Counted from the first letter of the stretch, positions 52,002-62,342 are shown. The stretch is DNA of 64,000 bases from Candidatus Eiseniibacteriota bacterium (GCA_031370645.1 JANMQV010000151.1:10416-74415); one strand, 5' to 3'. Made by a program: numbers and translations. Notes: a model not told the origin generated them from the letters alone.

Positions 52002-53293
52002 AATTCCAGGTGCCGCGCGGGACGCGCGACATCGTGCCTCCCGATTCGGAGCGATGGGCCGAGATCGAGGAACAGGCGCGGCGGATTCTCGGGAGTTACG
52101 GCTACCGGGAAGTTCGCACGCCGATCTTCGAGGCGACGGAACTCTTCGTGCGAAGCGTCGGGGAATCGACCGATATCGTCCGGAAGGAGCTCTACACCTT
52201 CGTGGACAGGAAGGGGCGCTCCCTGTCCCTCCGGCCCGAGGGCACGGCGGCGCTCGTGCGGGCCTACCTCGACAGTCCCGTGCTCCGGCAGGAATCGCCC
52301 GCGCGCCTTTCCTACCTGGGACCGTTCTTCCGCTATGAGCGGCCGCAGGCGGGGCGCTACCGGCAGTTCTGGCAGATCGGCGCGGAGCTTCTGGGTTCGA
52401 AGGATCCTTCGGCGGACGTGGAGATGATCGATCTCTTCGTCTCCATCATGCGCGCGGTGGGCCTTCCGGACGTGAAGGTGCTCTTGAACTCACTGGGCGA
52501 CGCCACCTGCCGGCCCATCTATCGCGAGAGCATCCGCGAGTACTTCGGCCGCCACCTCGACCAACTCTGCGAGGACGACCGCGAGCGCATCAAGACGAAC
52601 CCGCTTCGGATATTGGATTGCAAGATTCCGTCCTGCCAGCCGATCCTGGCGGGGGCGCCGAGCGTGCTCGACGCGCTCTGCGACGATTGCCGCGCGCACT
52701 TTACCGCCGTCCAGGAGGGGCTCCGCGTGCTCGGCATCGAGGTGGAAGTGGCCCCGCGCCTCGTCCGCGGTCTCGACTACTACACGCGCACCGTGTTCGA
52801 AGTGCACGCTTCGAATCTCGGCGCGCAGAGCGCCGTCGGAGGCGGAGGGCGCTACGACCAGTTGGTGCAGGAGCTGGGCGGCCCCGAAACGCCGTCGATC
52901 GGATTCTCGATCGGGACCGACCGCCTCTTGATCGCCACCGCGAGCCCGCGCGCCGAGGGGGCGCCGGCCGAGCCCGATGCGTTCGTGGTCGCGCGCCAGC
53001 CCGAGGCGGCCTCCGAGGCCCTCTCGGCCGCCCGCGCGCTTCGCGGCGTGCTCGATCCGGGCGAAGGCCGTCCGCTTCGCGTCATGACCGACGTGCAGGG
53101 ACGGAGCGCCTCATCCCAGATGAAAGTCGCCTCGCGCATCGGCGCCAAACACGCCGTTTTCGTACCGCGCGAGGCAGATGGATACGCCGTTCGCGACATG
53201 ATCTCCGGAAAGGACGAAATGAAGCAGCCCGACCTCGACACGCTGCGCGCCTGGCTCCGTGCCCGCCGCGCGACCGCGGGGACCACGCGATGA
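51998..53293 (+). CDS. hisS: Histidine-tRNA ligase
   Basis: PRGTRD, LRPEGTA, FRYERPQAGRYRQF, RGLDYY, GGGRYD. Confidence 0.98.
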   Translation: MKFQVPRGTRDIVPPDSERWAEIEEQARRILGSYGYREVRTPIFEATELFVRSVGESTDIVRKELYTFVDRKGRSLSLRPEGTAALVRAYLDSPVLRQESPARLSYLGPFFRYERPQAGRYRQFWQIGAELLGSKDPSADVEMIDLFVSIMRAVGLPDVKVLLNSLGDATCRPIYRESIREYFGRHLDQLCEDDRERIKTNPLRILDCKIPSCQPILAGAPSVLDALCDDCRAHFTAVQEGLRVLGIEVEVAPRLVRGLDYYTRTVFEVHASNLGAQSAVGGGGRYDQLVQELGGPETPSIGFSIGTDRLLIATASPRAEGAPAEPDAFVVARQPEAASEALSAARALRGVLDPGEGRPLRVMTDVQGRSASSQMKVASRIGAKHAVFVPREADGYAVRDMISGKDEMKQPDLDTLRAWLRARRATAGTTR

Positions 53294-55086
53294 CCTCGAT
53301 CGATCCGCTCCTCCAACGCCGGCGGTCGCATCGCTGCGGCGATCTCCGCCCCGAACAGGCCGGGACGCACGTCCGCCTCATGGGCTGGGCCCACCGCGTC
53401 CGCGACCACGGGGGGGTTCTCTTCCTCGACCTCCGCGATCGGTACGGTCTCACGCAGGTCGTCTTCCGCCCCGAGAAGTTGAACACGAAGACGCTCGAGC
53501 GCGCCCGGGAGATCGGGAGCGAATTCGTCGTGCTGGTGGAGGGGACCGTCCTTCGCCGACCGCCCGGGAGCGAGAATCCCGATCTCCCGACCGGAGGCAT
53601 CGAAGTCGAGGCCGACGCGCTCGCGATCCTCAATACGAGCAAGACGCCGCCCTTCCCGCTCGACGACACGAACACGGCGTCGGAGGACGTGCGGCTGCGG
53701 TATCGCTACCTCGACCTCCGCCGCGAGCCGCTCAAGCGAAATATCATCTTCCGGCACGACATGGTCCGCTCCGTGCGTGACTTTCTGTCGGACCAGGGAT
53801 TCTTGGAGATCGAAACGCCGCTCTTGGTGAAGCCGACGCCCGAAGGGGCGCGCGACTACATCGTCCCTTCCCGCGTGCATCCGGGGCGCTTCTTCGCGCT
53901 GCCGCAATCGCCGCAGCTCTACAAGCAAATCCTCATGGTCTCGGGCTTCGATCGCTACTTCCAGGTGGCGAAGTGCCTCCGCGACGAGGATCTCCGCGCC
54001 GACCGCCAGCCCGAGTTCACGCAGATCGATCTCGAGATGAGTTTCGTCTCCGAGGAGGACGTCTTCGGCGTGGTGGAGGGGATGCTCGAATCGGTCTTTC
54101 GGCGGAACATGGGGCGCGAGTTGAAGATTCCGTTTCCGCGGATGACCTATCGCGAATCGATGCATCGCTACGGAAGCGACAAGCCCGACCTTCGCATTCC
54201 GTTCGAGATCAAGGACGTGACCGCCGCCGCGGGGGGCGGGACGATGGAAAAATTCCGCGAGGCCGCGGCCGATCCCGTGGCACTCATGACCGGTGTTCTT
54301 CCGGTGCCCGGGCAGGCGACCGCGTCGCGCCGGGAAATCGAAGGGTGGGAGGCCGCCGCGAAGCTGATGGGCGCGACCGGGCTCGCCTGGGCGCGCGTGA
54401 AGAGCGGCGCCCTCGACGGCGGGATCGCGAAATTCTTCGCCGACGGAGATTCGGCGGCGAAGCTGATCGCGGCGGCCGGCGCCAAGGAGGGAGATCTGCT
54501 TCTCCTCGCCTCCGGCCCGCGCGCCGTGGTGCTCCGTTCGCTCGGCACGGTGCGGACGCAGATCGGGAATCAGAAATTCACGCTCGACCCGAAAGACTTC
54601 CGCTTCGTCTGGGTGCACCAGTTTCCGCTCTTCGAGTGGGACGAGGGGCGAAACGCGTGGGCGCCGGCGCATCACATCTTCACGATGCCGCTCGACGAAC
54701 ACCTCGCCTACTTGGAGTCCGACCCCGGCAAGGTTCACGCTCAACTCTACGATCTCGCCGCCAACGGGAACGAACTCGCCTCGGGGAGCATCCGAATCCA
54801 CCGGAAAGACATTCAGGAGCAGGTGCTTCGCGTGATCGGGATGAAGTCGGAGGAGGCGCACCACAAGTTCGGCTTCCTGCTCGAATCGTTCGAATACGGC
54901 GCGCCGCCGCACGGCGGGATCGCGCTCGGCCTCGATCGCCTCGTCGTTCTCTTCAACGGCGGCGATTCCATCCGGGACGCGATCGCCTTCCCCAAGACCG
55001 CCAGCGCCACGTCTCTCATGGACGGCGCTCCCGCCGTGGTCGACCCGGCAGACCTCCGGGAACTGAAACTCCGGATCGACGCGTAG
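53290..55086 (+). CDS. aspS: Aspartate-tRNA ligase, probably non-discriminating
   Basis: RDHGG..FLDLRD, RYRYLDLRR, LPQSPQ, RDEDLRADRQPEFTQ, GAPPHGG. Confidence 0.97.
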   Translation: MTSIDPLLQRRRSHRCGDLRPEQAGTHVRLMGWAHRVRDHGGVLFLDLRDRYGLTQVVFRPEKLNTKTLERAREIGSEFVVLVEGTVLRRPPGSENPDLPTGGIEVEADALAILNTSKTPPFPLDDTNTASEDVRLRYRYLDLRREPLKRNIIFRHDMVRSVRDFLSDQGFLEIETPLLVKPTPEGARDYIVPSRVHPGRFFALPQSPQLYKQILMVSGFDRYFQVAKCLRDEDLRADRQPEFTQIDLEMSFVSEEDVFGVVEGMLESVFRRNMGRELKIPFPRMTYRESMHRYGSDKPDLRIPFEIKDVTAAAGGGTMEKFREAAADPVALMTGVLPVPGQATASRREIEGWEAAAKLMGATGLAWARVKSGALDGGIAKFFADGDSAAKLIAAAGAKEGDLLLLASGPRAVVLRSLGTVRTQIGNQKFTLDPKDFRFVWVHQFPLFEWDEGRNAWAPAHHIFTMPLDEHLAYLESDPGKVHAQLYDLAANGNELASGSIRIHRKDIQEQVLRVIGMKSEEAHHKFGFLLESFEYGAPPHGGIALGLDRLVVLFNGGDSIRDAIAFPKTASATSLMDGAPAVVDPADLRELKLRIDA

Positions 55087-55128
55087 CACGCCCCGAGGGG
55101 GCCTTCCCAAGGCTCCCGGGGCGCTGCC
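55086..55128 (+). terminator. GC-rich hairpin after aspS (no U-tract)
   Basis: CGCCCCG..GGGGCCTT-CCC-AAGGCTCC-CGGGGCG inverted repeat. Confidence 0.45.
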
Positions 55129-55139
55129 GCCCCACCCGT

Positions 55140-55155
55140 TGGCACCCTTCGTGCG
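55140..55155 (+). promoter_or_regulatory. Sigma54-like -24/-12 motif
   Basis: TGGCACCCTTCGTGCG, GG-N10-GC. Confidence 0.5.
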
Positions 55156-55181
55156 TTCCAAACTCCCGACGGGAGGGGGCC

Positions 55182-55210
55182 TTGACTTCCATTCCGGCGA
55201 GCCCTACCGT
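55182..55210 (+). promoter_or_regulatory. Sigma70-type promoter
   Basis: TTGACT-N17-TACCGT. Confidence 0.55.
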
Positions 55211-55309
55211 CGAAGCACAGGCGGGGGTGCCGGACGGGGTCCTTGCCGACGATATAACTTGAATAATCACAATAACTTAAAAGCCAAGCATCGCGCCCCG
55301 TTCCGCGGG

Positions 55310-55663
55310 GTGCGCCCCGACGGCCTCCTGGCGCCGACCAGCGTCCGTCCGGTCGGTTTCTGGCCGCGCTCCCATTCCAGCCCCCCCTGGATCCGCCTTT
55401 CAGGCGCGCTAATTATCACGGCTACAGTTGCTTGCGGGTGCGGTGGAGCGGTAGTTCCTTGCCCGACGCCGACGACCGAACTGGACCGGCATCGGGAAGA
55501 ATCGACGGATGCGGAGCGAAGCGCCTCCCGGGCCGCCGCCGAGGCGAGGGCCGGGGAAGCGAAGCGAGGCGAAGCCGAGCGCCGGCTGGCCGCGGCGCGC
55601 GCCGCCTATGACTCTCTGGCGATCGACGCGGCCGGGCAACCGGTGCGGCCGTCGAAGCCGTGA
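55310..55663 (+). CDS. Small putative lipoprotein with a coiled-coil tail (start uncertain)
   Basis: Hydrophobic stretch ending VACG-C, then Ala/Glu/Arg coiled coil; GTGA overlap with the next gene. Confidence 0.5.
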   Translation: MRPDGLLAPTSVRPVGFWPRSHSSPPWIRLSGALIITATVACGCGGAVVPCPTPTTELDRHREESTDAERSASRAAAEARAGEAKRGEAERRLAAARAAYDSLAIDAAGQPVRPSKP

Positions 55664-56259
55664 GGCGCGGCACTTCGCACGCTCGAGCCGCGGCCGTCGT
55701 GATCGTCATCGGGCTCGGGCTCGGCTCGATCGCGGGATGCGGGAAGCCCGTATTGCGGATCTCCGACGCGTCGCTCGGTGACTACTATTCGGAAAAGGAA
55801 TTCAAGAAACTGAGGGAAGAGCAACGATTGGAATACTGCGAGGGGTTGGCCGAGCAGGACTCCATCTTTCGAGAAGAGATCGCCGACGCCCGATCGGCGG
55901 CGGGGCGCTACGGGCGCCGCTCGTCGGCCGCCCGCGCCGCGGCCGATTCGCTGGGGCGACTGGCCGATTCGCTGGAAGCGAAGGTGGCGAAAGTTCGTGA
56001 ACTCGGATCCTCGCCGGCCAAGCAGACGGCGCCGGGCTCGAAGGTCCAGGGAAGCATCCCGCGCCGCGGCGAAACGGTTGCCACGGGCGACGGAAACGCG
56101 ATCCAGGTGCGCCCCGGAGACTCGCTCTGGCGGCTCGCCGCGCGCGAGACGATTTACGGCGACGGACGTCGCTGGCACGACCTGTACGAGGCGAACCGGG
56201 ACCGGATCCGGGACGCCGATCGAATCTATCCGGGACAGGAGTTGACGGTACCGCGATGA
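55660..56259 (+). CDS. LysM-domain lipoprotein
   Basis: Lipobox IAG-C; coiled coil; VRPGDSLWRLA...YG...W..LYEANR..I.D.DRIYPGQELTVP. Confidence 0.9.
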   Translation: MRRGTSHARAAAVVIVIGLGLGSIAGCGKPVLRISDASLGDYYSEKEFKKLREEQRLEYCEGLAEQDSIFREEIADARSAAGRYGRRSSAARAAADSLGRLADSLEAKVAKVRELGSSPAKQTAPGSKVQGSIPRRGETVATGDGNAIQVRPGDSLWRLAARETIYGDGRRWHDLYEANRDRIRDADRIYPGQELTVPR

Positions 56260-57254
56260 CGACCCCCACGACCGAAACGACCCGCACCGTCGCGCTCGAC
56301 TCCGTCGATCCGCTCGCGCTCTTCGGGCGAAACGACGCGAATCTCCGCCTTCTCGAGCGGAGCTATCCGGTATCGCTCACCTATCGCGACGGGAAGATCG
56401 CCGTGAAGGGCGAAGGCCCCGCCGTGGACGAGGTGAGCGCCATTCTCTCGTCGCTCGCCGAACTCGTCCGGCGCGGCGCCGTGCTCGAGGAGCACGACGT
56501 CCACAACTTCGTCGGCATCACCGACCCGGCCGATCGCGAGGCGTCGCAGGCGCTCTACGAGCGCCCGATTCTCTTCACCTTCGACAAGCGCTCGATCCGC
56601 GTGAAGACGCTGGGGCAGGCGCGCTACGTCCAGGCGCTCCTCAAGCACGACATCGTCTTCGCCATCGGCCCCGCCGGGACCGGGAAGACCTACCTCGCCG
56701 TCGCCGCCGCGGTGAACGCGCTGAAGGCGCGACAGGTGGAGCGAATCTTCCTCGTGCGTCCGGCCGTGGAAGCCGGGGAGAATCTCGGATTCCTTCCGGG
56801 CGACATGAAGGACAAGGTCGATCCATACCTCCGTCCGCTCTACGACGCGCTGAACGATCTCCTCTCCTACGAGAAGATCCGCCGCTTCCTCGACCTCGGC
56901 GTCATCGAGGTGGCGCCGCTCGCCTACATGCGCGGGCGGACGCTCAACAATGCCTTCGTGATCCTCGACGAGGCGCAGAACACGACGGTCGGCCAGATGA
57001 AGATGTTTCTCACGCGCCTCGGCTACGGCTCGAGGGCGGTCATCACGGGGGACGTCACGCAAATCGACCTCGCGACGCAGACGCAGTCGGGCCTCGTGGA
57101 GGCGCAGTCGATTCTGCACCGCGTCCCCGACCTCGCCTTTGTCTACTTGAACGAACGCGACGTCGTGCGGCATCACCTCGTGCGGGAGATCATTCGCGCC
57201 TTCGACGAGCACGACAAGGCGACCGGAAACGACCGGGGACGACATGGCCGCTGA
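56256..57254 (+). CDS. phoH: PhoH-family ATPase (YbeZ-like)
   Basis: GPAGTGKT, RPAVEAGE.LGFLPG, AYMRGRT, DEAQN, GDVTQIDL. Confidence 0.95.
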   Translation: MTTPTTETTRTVALDSVDPLALFGRNDANLRLLERSYPVSLTYRDGKIAVKGEGPAVDEVSAILSSLAELVRRGAVLEEHDVHNFVGITDPADREASQALYERPILFTFDKRSIRVKTLGQARYVQALLKHDIVFAIGPAGTGKTYLAVAAAVNALKARQVERIFLVRPAVEAGENLGFLPGDMKDKVDPYLRPLYDALNDLLSYEKIRRFLDLGVIEVAPLAYMRGRTLNNAFVILDEAQNTTVGQMKMFLTRLGYGSRAVITGDVTQIDLATQTQSGLVEAQSILHRVPDLAFVYLNERDVVRHHLVREIIRAFDEHDKATGNDRGRHGR

Positions 57255-59538
57255 GAATCTCCGCGTCCTGGAACCGCGCCGGCGCGAACGCGCCCCCTGG
57301 AGGAACGCCGTCGCGGCGATCTTCGGGCCGCGGTTCCGCCGGATCACCCTCTTCGTGGGGTTCCTGGCGTTCGCGTGCCTTCTCTTCCCGAGGGATCCCT
57401 CCTTCGAGGTGATGACCCTCCGCGAGGGCTACCCCGCGAAGCGGGACCTGATCGCGCCGTTTCAGTTCTATCTCTTGAAAGAGAAGTCGCAGTACCGCGC
57501 GGAGCAGGGGATCGCCGCCCGCCGCGTCGCGCCGGTCTACTCCGTCGACGCGGCCGTGACCGGCTCGACGCTCTCGCTGCTCGACTCGCTCCGCTCCGCG
57601 GCCTCGGAGAGCGGAGGGCTCGCGGCGCGCGTGCGCGCCCTCGGGCTCACGCCCGAAGCCACGCGAACGCTCTCGGGAGTCGACGCCCGGCGCATTCTCC
57701 CGATCGCGACCCGGCTCGCGGCGCAGGCGCATGGCGCGGGGCTCATCCCGGACGTGGAGAGCGCGCGGCTCGACACGGAGTCGCCGGTCGCGATGATCGA
57801 GAAGGACGGCATGCGGCTGAAGACGCCGTGGGAAGGACTCCTCGACCTCAATCAACTGCGGGACGCCGCCTGGGACGAAGGGGTGCGCGCGTTCCCCGGG
57901 CGTCCGGAGGCCGCGCAGGCGTTGCAGGAACTCGTCCTCGCGACGACGCAGCCGAATCTCCATTACGAAGCCTCCACGACCGAGCGGCTCCGGGCCGAGG
58001 CGAGAACCGCGGTGAATCCCTATGACGGACTCGTTCGGAAGGACGAGAAGATCATCGGGAGTCACGAGATCGCGACCGCGGAACACCTCCTGAAGCTCGA
58101 ATCGCTCCGCGCGTGGGGGATCCACCAGAAGCCGGCTCCCGACTGGAAGCGCGACTTCCCGCCGGTCCTCGGGCGGCTCGTCCTGATCGCGTTCTTGATT
58201 CTCGGATTCTCGACGTACCTCAAATTGCACCATCCGAGCGTCTATGCCGAAACGCCGCCGCTTCTTCTCCTCGCGATCCTCTCGGCGCTCGTCATGGGAG
58301 CCGGCTGGCTCGTGGTGAATCAGCTCCGCGGCTACGAAATGCTGATTCCGATGACGATCCTCTCGCTCACGGTCGCGCTCCTCTTCGGAAACGCGCTGGC
58401 GTTCGCGGCGACGCTCGTCGCGTCGCTCCTCACCGGCGTGGTCTTCGGCCTCGGTCTTCCCTTCCTGACCGGAAGCGCCCTCGCGGGAATCGCCGCGATC
58501 GCCACGGCGACCGGCGTGCGCCGCCGCCGCGACTTCTACCGCCCGATGCTCACCGTCGCGATCACCTACGCGCTCGCCATCGCCGCCATGGGACTCGTCG
58601 ACGGCGCGCGGCTCGACATCCTGGTGCGCCGCATGGCGTGGGGGATGGGAGCGGGGCTCGCCTCGGTGCTGGCCGTCACGATTCTCCTCCCGCTCCTCGA
58701 GGGTATCTTCACGGTCACCACCGACATCACGCTCCTCGAACTGGCGGACCTGAACCGGCCGATCCTCCGCCGCCTCATGCTCGAGGCTCCCGGGACCTAT
58801 CACCACAGCATCGTCGTCGGCACGCTCGCCGAGTCGGCGGCGGCCGCTATCGGCGGAAATCCGCTCCTCGCGCGCGTCGGGGCCTACTATCACGACATCG
58901 GGAAGATCGACAAAGCCGAGTACTATGTGGAGAATCAGTCGAGCGCGCGGAACCGCCACGAGAAGCTATCGCCGACGATGAGCAGCCTCATCATCCAGGC
59001 GCACGTCCGCGAGGGCGCCGAGATCGCGCGGAAGGAAAAACTGCCGAAGGCGATCGTGAACGCGATCCTGGAACACCACGGAACGACGATCCTCACGTTC
59101 TTCTACGCGAAGGCGCAACTCGAGCTGAAGAAGAAGGGGGAACAGAAGAAGGGGAGTCCCTCGGAGATCGAGGTGCCGGAGACCGAGTTCCGCTATCCGG
59201 GACCGAAGCCACATTCCAAGGAGACCGCGGTGCTGATGCTCGCCGACGCCGTCGAGGCGGCGGCGCGATCGCTCAACGAACCGACGCCCGGGCGCATCCG
59301 CGGCGTCGTCAACCGCATCCTCGAGGCGCGCGTCAAGGATGGCCAACTGGATGAAAGCCCGATCACGTTCGAAGACCTCGCGAAGGTCCGGGACTCCTTC
59401 ATCCCGATCCTCACGGCGCTCTTCCATGCGCGCGTCCACTACCCGGGCGTCTTCGCCGAAGAGCCCCGCATCGTTCGTCCCACGGACGACCGTGGCCAGG
59501 CCCGCGAAGGATCCCGGCTTAAGATCGACAACTCTTAA
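57244..59538 (+). CDS. 7TM-HD phosphohydrolase (PgpH-like cyclic-di-AMP phosphodiesterase family)
   Basis: Extracytoplasmic domain, 7 TMs, APGTYHHS, YHDIGK, EHHGT, RYPGPKP, LADAVEAA. Confidence 0.92.
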   Translation: MAAENLRVLEPRRRERAPWRNAVAAIFGPRFRRITLFVGFLAFACLLFPRDPSFEVMTLREGYPAKRDLIAPFQFYLLKEKSQYRAEQGIAARRVAPVYSVDAAVTGSTLSLLDSLRSAASESGGLAARVRALGLTPEATRTLSGVDARRILPIATRLAAQAHGAGLIPDVESARLDTESPVAMIEKDGMRLKTPWEGLLDLNQLRDAAWDEGVRAFPGRPEAAQALQELVLATTQPNLHYEASTTERLRAEARTAVNPYDGLVRKDEKIIGSHEIATAEHLLKLESLRAWGIHQKPAPDWKRDFPPVLGRLVLIAFLILGFSTYLKLHHPSVYAETPPLLLLAILSALVMGAGWLVVNQLRGYEMLIPMTILSLTVALLFGNALAFAATLVASLLTGVVFGLGLPFLTGSALAGIAAIATATGVRRRRDFYRPMLTVAITYALAIAAMGLVDGARLDILVRRMAWGMGAGLASVLAVTILLPLLEGIFTVTTDITLLELADLNRPILRRLMLEAPGTYHHSIVVGTLAESAAAAIGGNPLLARVGAYYHDIGKIDKAEYYVENQSSARNRHEKLSPTMSSLIIQAHVREGAEIARKEKLPKAIVNAILEHHGTTILTFFYAKAQLELKKKGEQKKGSPSEIEVPETEFRYPGPKPHSKETAVLMLADAVEAAARSLNEPTPGRIRGVVNRILEARVKDGQLDESPITFEDLAKVRDSFIPILTALFHARVHYPGVFAEEPRIVRPTDDRGQAREGSRLKIDNS

Positions 59539-59944
59539 GGCGCTCGCCGTCGCGGCGCTCCGGCTCCTCGAGCGGCCGCGCGCCTCCCTCTCCATCGTTC
59601 TCGCCGACGACGCCCTCCTCCGCACGCTCAACCGCGATTACCGAGACGCGGACAAGTCGACCGACGTTCTCTCGTTCTCCTTCATTTCGCCCGCCGCCGT
59701 GCCCGATCCCGCCGCGCGCGTCTTCCTGGGGGAGATCTACCTCTCCGTCGAAACGGCCCGCCGGCAGGCTCGCGCGGCCCGCCGCCCTTATCACCGCGAA
59801 ATCGCGCATCTCACGATTCACGGCATTCTTCACCTCTTGGGACACGACCATGCGAAGGCGGCCGAGCGGCGCCGGATGCGGGCCGCGGAACGAAGCTTGA
59901 TGCGCCGTCTGGCCCCGCGCATTCGAGCGCTCCAAGTGCTATAA
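59492..59944 (+). CDS. ybeY: rRNA maturation endoribonuclease YbeY
   Basis: LNRDYR..DKSTDVLSF, LGEIYL, HGILHLLGHDH; probable GTG start overlapping upstream gene. Confidence 0.9.
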   Translation: MARPAKDPGLRSTTLKALAVAALRLLERPRASLSIVLADDALLRTLNRDYRDADKSTDVLSFSFISPAAVPDPAARVFLGEIYLSVETARRQARAARRPYHREIAHLTIHGILHLLGHDHAKAAERRRMRAAERSLMRRLAPRIRALQVL

Positions 59945-59945
59945 T
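59937..59945 (+). promoter_or_regulatory. Consensus extended -10 (TGcTATAAT), 6 nt before ATG 59952
   Basis: Perfect TGnTATAAT overlapping the ybeY stop; no SD. Confidence 0.7.
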
Positions 59946-59951
59946 CTCCGC

Positions 59952-60635
59952 ATGTTGCGCCGCATTCGCATGTACTTCCTGACGGGCCTTCTCGTGCTCG
60001 CGCCGCTCGCGATCACGGCGTATATCGTCTACCGCCTCTTCATCTGGGTCGACCACCTGCTCGGCACGACGCTCCGCGGCGGCTACATCCGCCCGGGCGG
60101 TGTTCCGGGGCTCGGATTCCTGACGGTGCTCCTCATCATCACGATCACCGGCGCGCTGGCGAACAACTTCCTCGGGCGTCAGCTCGGCACGCTGTTCGAA
60201 TCGATGCTCCTTCGCGTGCCGCTCCTTCGTGGCGTCTACGGCACGCTGAAGGAGATCGGCGAAGCGATCCTGAGCGACCGGAAGAATGCCTTTCAGCGGG
60301 TCGTGCTCGTGGAGTATCCCCGTCCCGGTCTCTACAGCATCGGCCTCGTCACGAACGACGCGCCGAGCACGTTTGACGAGGCGTCGGGGAAGACGCTGAA
60401 GGGCGTGTTCATTCCAACGACCCCCAATCCGACGACCGGGCCTCTGATCTACTGTGTCGAGGATTTGATGATCCCGACGACGCTCCGCGTCGAGCAGGCG
60501 ATCAAGATGGTGGTCTCGGGCGGCGTGGTCGTCCCTCCGAAGGGAGGGGCGAACGGTTCCGACGGGAACGGCGGCGGCCCTGAAGGGGGCGAAGCCGAAG
60601 CCGACGCGGCCGCGGCGCCCCGGAGCACGGACTAG
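59952..60635 (+). CDS. DUF502 membrane protein
   Basis: YFLTGLLVLAP..IT, VLVEYPR.G, VFIPTTPNPTTG, VVSGG. Confidence 0.9.
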   Translation: MLRRIRMYFLTGLLVLAPLAITAYIVYRLFIWVDHLLGTTLRGGYIRPGGVPGLGFLTVLLIITITGALANNFLGRQLGTLFESMLLRVPLLRGVYGTLKEIGEAILSDRKNAFQRVVLVEYPRPGLYSIGLVTNDAPSTFDEASGKTLKGVFIPTTPNPTTGPLIYCVEDLMIPTTLRVEQAIKMVVSGGVVVPPKGGANGSDGNGGGPEGGEAEADAAAAPRSTD

Positions 60636-60639
60636 CCGC

Positions 60640-61419
60640 GTGGCGATCGTCGAGACCGACGCGCTCGTCATCCGTTCCCATCGCCTCGGGGAGACGAGCC
60701 TCATCGTGAGTCTCTTCACGGCCGATTTCGGACTGCTCCGCTGCGTGGCCAAGGGGGCGCGAGGGCCGAAGAGCCGATTCGGCGCGGCGCTCGAGCCGGG
60801 CGTGCGACTTCGGGCCGTCGTCTACCGGAAGCTGAACCGAGACCTTCAACTCCTTTCGAAAGCCGACGTGATCTCGTACTGGCCCGCGCTCTGGGAAGAT
60901 CCCGATCGTTTTGCCTGCGCCGGCGCCGTCCTCGAATTCCTCGAGCGCGCGGCCTACGGGGAAGTGGAAGACCCCGGGCTCCTGGAACTCGCGGCCGACA
61001 CGCTCGCCGCCATGGGCCAGGCGCCACTCCCTGCCACCGAGGCGATGCTTCGCGCGTTCGAGGTGCAAGCCTGCCAGCGTCTCGGGTACGCTCCCGAGCT
61101 CACGGTCTGTTTGGAATGTCGCCGCCCGCTCGAGGGAGGCGGCCTATTTCACCCCGTCCGCGGGGGCCTTCTCTGCGGCTCACCGTGCGGGGACGACGCG
61201 GGGGCCTTCCGGCTCTCGGCGAGGGCGCGGCTCACGCTCGTGGCGTTGGCCGAGCGTCCTGTCGCCGGAATCGCGGAATGGATCATGGAACGATATCCGG
61301 GGCCGGAAGTGGCCCGGGCGATCGAACGATTCCTCGCGGCGCATCTGGAGCGCTTCGAGGGTTTGCGTGCGCTGAAGGTGGGCGAACAGCTCGCGCGTTA
61401 CGCGGGAGGAACGAGATGA
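60640..61419 (+). CDS. recO: DNA repair protein RecO
   Basis: ETSLIV.LFT..FG...VAKGAR..KSRFG, GYAPEL..C..C zinc motif. Confidence 0.93.
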   Translation: MAIVETDALVIRSHRLGETSLIVSLFTADFGLLRCVAKGARGPKSRFGAALEPGVRLRAVVYRKLNRDLQLLSKADVISYWPALWEDPDRFACAGAVLEFLERAAYGEVEDPGLLELAADTLAAMGQAPLPATEAMLRAFEVQACQRLGYAPELTVCLECRRPLEGGGLFHPVRGGLLCGSPCGDDAGAFRLSARARLTLVALAERPVAGIAEWIMERYPGPEVARAIERFLAAHLERFEGLRALKVGEQLARYAGGTR

Positions 61420-62342
61420 GCGACGCACGGGACGACCGCGCGCCGTCGATGGTGTTTCAGGAGACGTTGCTCCGCTTGGAGCAATTCTGGTCGAAGCAGG
61501 GGTGCGTTCTCCTCCAGCCCTACGCGGGCGAGGTTGGCGCGGGGACATTCAACCCCGCGACCTTCTTCCGCGTCCTCGGGCCCGAGCCGTGGAAGGCCGC
61601 CTACGTGGAGCCGTCGCGCCGGCCGAAGGATGGCCGCTACGGCGAGAATCCGAACCGCCTGCAAAATTTCTATCAGTACCAGGTGGCGCTGAAACCGGCG
61701 CCCGAGAACGTCCTGGAACTCTATCTCGAGAGCCTCCGCCACATCGGCATCGAGATCGAAAAGCACGATGTCCGCTTCGTGGAGGACGATTGGGAATCGC
61801 CGACGCTTGGCGCGTGGGGTTTGGGGTGGGAAGTCTGGCTCGACGGCCAGGAGATCACCCAGTTCACCTATTTCCAGCAAGCCGGAGGGTTCGACCTCGA
61901 CCCGATCACGGCCGAGATCACCTACGGCATCGAGCGGATCGCCTGCTACCTGCAGGGCGTCGACCGGATCATGGACCTCCAGTGGTCGCGCGACCTCCGT
62001 TGGGACGACCTCTTCTTGCAAGCCGAACGCGAGTGGTGCGTCTTCAACTTCGAGCAGTCGGACGCGGCGCTCCTCTTCGAAATCTTCGAGAAATACGAGA
62101 AGGAAGGGACACGTCTCCTGAAGGGGGGCTTGGCGCTTCCCGGCTACGACTACGCGGTGAAGTGCTCCCATGCGTTCAATCTGCTGGAGGCCCGGGGAGC
62201 GATCAGCGTCACCGAACGCGTCTCCTACATCGCGAGGGTTCGAAAACTCGCTCGCATGGCGGCGGGGGTCTATTTGAAACAGCGCGAAGCGCTGGGGCAC
62301 CCCCTGATCGCGGCGGCCGCGAGGGGAGGCGCGCGTGCCTAA
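61416..62342 (+). CDS. glyQ: Glycine-tRNA ligase alpha subunit
   Basis: [45 protein letters not shown]. Confidence 0.98.
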   Translation: MSDARDDRAPSMVFQETLLRLEQFWSKQGCVLLQPYAGEVGAGTFNPATFFRVLGPEPWKAAYVEPSRRPKDGRYGENPNRLQNFYQYQVALKPAPENVLELYLESLRHIGIEIEKHDVRFVEDDWESPTLGAWGLGWEVWLDGQEITQFTYFQQAGGFDLDPITAEITYGIERIACYLQGVDRIMDLQWSRDLRWDDLFLQAEREWCVFNFEQSDAALLFEIFEKYEKEGTRLLKGGLALPGYDYAVKCSHAFNLLEARGAISVTERVSYIARVRKLARMAAGVYLKQREALGHPLIAAAARGGARA

